Source: Lama guanicoe
Lineage: Eukaryota
Reading direction: 5' to 3'
Length of the DNA stretch: 64,000 bases
Assembly: GCA_013239625.1 (NCBI GenBank)
Contig: MU053379.1
Coordinates: 4,609,229-4,673,228, forward strand
The notes under the pieces were generated by a model. It was not told the origin of the DNA and searched no databases. It was given only the letters and a program-made list of their open reading frames with translations. Positions 59,901-64,000 of this stretch are shown here, piece after piece. The translations under genes and the position numbers were made by a program. Every line of letters starts with the position of its first letter. Position 1 is the first letter of the stretch.

Positions 59901-60692
59901 ATGGCCACGCCCCCTCCACCGACCCACGGCGGCCTCCCACGCCCCTTTTGTTGGGGTGTCGTTACGGGAGGGAGCGTGAGCGCAGGAGGAGCAGAGAGGC
60001 GGGGGTCGGGGGTGGACCCAGTGTGCTCAGGGAGGCTGAGCTGTGTCCACGGGAGACGCTGGTGCCCTCCTGTGGCCTCAGGGCCACGGCACAGAGGACA
60101 CTGCTTCCTGTGCAGAGTCTGTTTGTGCAGAAGAGACCTTCACAGCCTCCCACTGGGGCGGCTCAGGCAGCTCTGGGATGACCCCACAACACACCCTTTC
60201 CAATCCAGGCCTCAGCTCTGAGCCCTGACATAGGCCTTTAGCCTCTGTTCCCAGCTCCTTGAGACCTTCAGAGGGGACCAGAGTCCCCCGGAGGCCTGTG
60301 GGTGCCCTGCCCCTGGGCCTCTCCGGCCCTGCGGGATTCTGACCCCAGGCTGGGCAGGCCCTGGGCATCCGCACCCTAGCCCGTTCCCGGGGCCAGTGCC
60401 GCTCCTGCCTCTGGACCACACGTTGAGCAGCTCGGTTCAGGGCCCCCGGGCCTGGATGCAGTGGAGCCACAATGAGAAATCCACCCCGTGTGGGCTGGGG
60501 ACTTGGGGCTGGAGGATGGTCTGGGGGCTGCAGCGGCTCAGGGAAGGGGTCAGAACACCATGCTGGTGACAGAGAAAAAGGTGGGTGTCCAGAAGCCAGG
60601 TGTCCGTGAGCAGGCGGGGCCTGTGCGGGGAGAGGGGGTGCTGTGAACCTGCCAGCCTGTCCCTGCACAGACTCGCTCACAGCCGGGGGCTT
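56940..60692 (-). repeat. Right arm of ~3.75-kb inverted repeat
   Basis: Reverse complement of 50931-54683. Confidence 0.97.
57230..59196 (-). CDS. CST9L: Cystatin-9-like copy B, 157 aa; complement(join(57230..57319,57809..57922,58927..59196))
   Basis: Mirror of copy A with the same splice sites and the same translation. Confidence 0.88.
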
Positions 60693-63600
60693 ACTGGGGT
60701 TGATGGGAGGCTCTGACACTGCCTGAGCCTCCCGCTCGTGAGGTCCCCACATTCACGAGGTACACTGTGTGCTCACAGCTCATCCTCCCCTGAGATCTTG
60801 GCTGCCTGTTCCCAGGAAAATAAGCCCCCAGCCTCTTATCTTTAAAGAAAGGGAGTCTTTTTGGTCAAGTGCCATGGTCACTGTTCCCTGGTCTCCAAGT
60901 ACAGGACTCAGTCCTGGCCCAAGGCTGTCATGTTGCAAGTTGCCATTTGCAGGGAACAAAGGAGACAGGCGTCACGTGTGAGAAGGAGGAAGCTGTGCAG
61001 CGAGACTGCCAAGAGCTGCATCTGTGGATGAGTGTGCAACCTCAGAGCAGAAGGAAGTCGCCCCCATGTGGCGGCGCTGGAGGACACTGTGGTGACAGAG
61101 GCCAGACGTGGGACAGAAATCTGCGTGGCTCCATTTTTAGGAGGAAATCAGTCGTGAAGGTCACAGAAGCGGAAAGCGGGGGGTCTCCCAGGGCTTGAGG
61201 GAGGGGAGTGGGTGATGTTGGTCAGAAGAATCAAAGCTTTAGTTACAAGACAAACACTTTCTGGACACATGCTGTGCGACAGCAGGCCTTCCGTGCACTT
61301 GAACCCGAGCTGGGGGGTCCGTGGTGTGTGCTTTTGCCAGGAAAGAGAAGCAACTGACAAACCCCGAGCGGGCAGGCGCCCCGTGGGGGTGGCGAGCGGT
61401 CGACAGCCTAGATTGCGTAGGTTTGTCTGATGGGCCCTAGTCTCCCGACACTTAAGTGTAGACATCGGTTGTATGCCAAGCGTGGTTCCATAAAGTGGTT
61501 TAACCGAACAAAAGCCACACAATTGCCTGTCTCTTCTCAGCCGGATTTAAGCTCTTAAAACTGAAACGGAAGCGCAAGCAGCATGACTTTTAGCCGGAGA
61601 ATCAACATGCAAGTCTGGAGGCGGGCTGGGGTTGTCAGCAATTGTAGGCACGTCTTGGTGGATTTCCAGGGGGAACAGGCAGCGGAGGCGTTCATGAGTC
61701 CTGAGACCCCTGGATGGATGGCAAGTGTCCCGCCAGGCCAGCAGAGCCCACAGAGGCCCCTCGCTTGGTCACTGGAACAGCCTGAAAAACACGGATCTCT
61801 CCTGCCAGTGTCTGTGGCCTCCCCATCCCGAGGGCCAGGCTCCGGCACATTCGAAGTGCTGTCCGTACATTCACCCCTGAGGGATGGTTTGGAGGCCTGT
61901 GCGCAGCATGGATCCTCACGGCGTGGCCCAGGAGAGGGCGGGAGGAGCTCAGGAAAACTCATCCTGGAGAATCCTGGAGGATGGCTGCCTCTTTGAAAGG
62001 CTCTGACAACAAACTTGCCCTCCCCGTTTCAAATTCCAAGTGTTGGGAAGCTTGGGGTCAAGTCCCTGTGTCCTGCCCTCGCAGCTGGGAACCCAGCGCC
62101 ATCCCCAGCTTTCCCAGCCCCTCCCCTCCTCCTGCACGTGATCTCAGGTCAAGTTCCCACGAGGGTCGCGGGCAGCCGTTGGCTCCCGGCACCTCCCTCC
62201 ATTCCTGGGCCCCTGTTCTCCTCTGGGGTGAAATCAGGGGGAGCCGCCCACGATCCCCGGGCCTGGGAACTTCCGGGCCAGGCACCTCCCTCCACCTCTG
62301 CGGCCCACGTCGCGGGAGCCCTTCTGCACAAGTATCTGGAGCTGCCCCCTCCAGGCGCTCTCTCACTGCGCACGGAGCCCCCGGCGGTCGTTCTGATGCT
62401 TTGGTCAGGCCTGCCGCTGCTCTTTTCAGACTGGTCTCTCTAGACGCAGCCAGTGACAGGCCTGTCCTTTTTGCCTTCACTGCTTCCCCGGCGTGGACGG
62501 TGCCCGCTTTCTCCTTGGGACGATTCTGTTCAGAGTCCGTTTTGGGTCTCCTGCAGCAAGTTTCCATCAACTCAGACAAATTTCCACTTCCTCAGCTGGC
62601 GGTGTTTGGAGATCAGCCACAGATGCCCAACATTGGCGCTTCCTCTGAAAACATCACACAGGAAACTCAGTGCAGAGATGACCCTCCCTTTGGGGGAATA
62701 ACATCTGACTCAGTCCATTTTCCATCTATTTAACTTTTCCAGGCATGTCAGCTGTTCTGGACCAAGCCGACGTCCTTCTCCAGCCTCCCCACCCGCCCTG
62801 TGACTTCAGGCTAAGGAACTAGCCTCGGGATCTTCTCTGCTGTCCACACACAGGGGGTCGAGGTAAAAGGTGGCCCTCGGCAGTACTGAGACGTGTGTGT
62901 CAGACACCGGAGGCGGGGGATGCACGGGTCCCTGGCCCTGGCACAGTGGAGAGCCGACGTTGTCTGTCTGGCAGTTGCCCGCTTTGGGTCAGCAGGGTAA
63001 GCCCATGACCAGACCAGCCACGGGGAGACCCTGGGAGAGCTGGAACATGGGGACCGGCTCCCAGAGCCCGGACGGCGCTTGGAGCAGGTGGGACTTTATC
63101 TCAAGAGCACCTGCACTTTCTGTCAGTACTGACGTTCTTTAGAAAAAAATAAAATAGTGCTTCTCAGCTTTTTGCATCCCCGTGAACGCAGGGAGAAGCT
63201 GTGGGACCTCAGAGTGATGTGGTTGGGGCGGGGCGGGGGGGCCGGCTGAGGGGAGGCCCTCCTCCGTGGGGTGTCCTCCACAGGGCATCCGGCGAGGAGC
63301 AGTGCGGAAGGAAAGGACGGTGCCCAGGGACACCCAGGAGTCACTCAGAGAGGGGTTTGTGGCATTTATCTTTAGGTTTTCCAATGAAACAGTCTCGGCT
63401 AACCCTGGGAGAGCTTCGTTCACCAGCATGTGTCCAAGAGCGCAAGGCCTGGGCTTGGCAGGCAGACCCTGGGGCGGCAGGCCCTGCCCTCAGGCTCCCG
63501 CCACCCCGGCCTCTGCGCCCCTCCCTCTCCCCCGGACATCCTTCCTTAGAGCTTGCACGTTGCCCCGTCTCAGGAGATTGCAAGATCGCTTCGGGAAAAA

Positions 63601-64000
63601 AGCTGAAATCGCAGCAGCGTTTACTTATCCAGGCGCTAAAACATCCCAACCAACCAAACAGAAACCTCTCAGCAACCAGCAGACGCCTTAACGAGAGCTC
63701 AGGGCGCCAAATTTAGCCCCGGGAGAGTGCGCTCGGCCCGGAGCCGCCCCGCCCGTCGTGTGCTTAGACGTGCACCTGGGAAGACGGGCTGTGGTTCCGC
63801 ACCTGGTCTGCCCTGCCAGTCAGTCTTCATCTGACTCCACTCAGCCACCCTCTGGGCGCTGCTCACACCTCCCCAAATTCCTGCGCCCGCATTTCTGTGA
63901 GGCCTTATGTCCCTCGCCTCTCCAAGGCAAGTGAAGGGTCTAGCCCGCCAGGGAGTCCCTCTTCCTCTCTCTTACACACAGATGTAAAGAGAGAACAGAG

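Noticed and set aside
61400..63720. Possible degenerate ERV internal region with a PBS-like tggcgccc on the minus strand (~63702-63709)
   Set aside because: Only an 8-nt match; no recognisable gag/pol motifs or paired LTRs by eye; needs RepeatMasker.

Overview
Eukaryotic (mammalian) genomic DNA, GC- and CpG-rich, most likely from a camelid (several vic-1-type tRNA-derived SINEs and cetartiodactyl-type L1 3' ends). It carries the reproductive-tract CRES/testatin subgroup of the type-2 cystatin cluster. I could assemble eight three-exon, phase-0 cystatin loci by hand: CSTL1 (+), CST11 (-), a CST16/Cstdc2-like copy with one nonsense codon (+), an intact CST15/CST12-like gene (+), CST8/CRES (+, with a GC donor and extra cysteines), CST13 (+), and two CST9L-like genes (+ and -) with identical translations that form the arms of a ~3.75-kb near-perfect inverted repeat. 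Other notable structure: an ~845-bp near-identical tract shared by two otherwise diverged paralogs, which gives both the same Pro/acidic C-terminal tail; a stop codon plus AATAAA right behind the exon-2 donor of both of those paralogs; a twin-primed L1; and a 2.3-kb (CCAT)n array with a 76-bp higher-order repeat and an assembly gap. Gene names rest on my recollection of human, mouse and bovine cystatin sequences, not on a database search. I did not find a wholly new biological system; the novelty here is lineage-specific remodelling of a known cluster.
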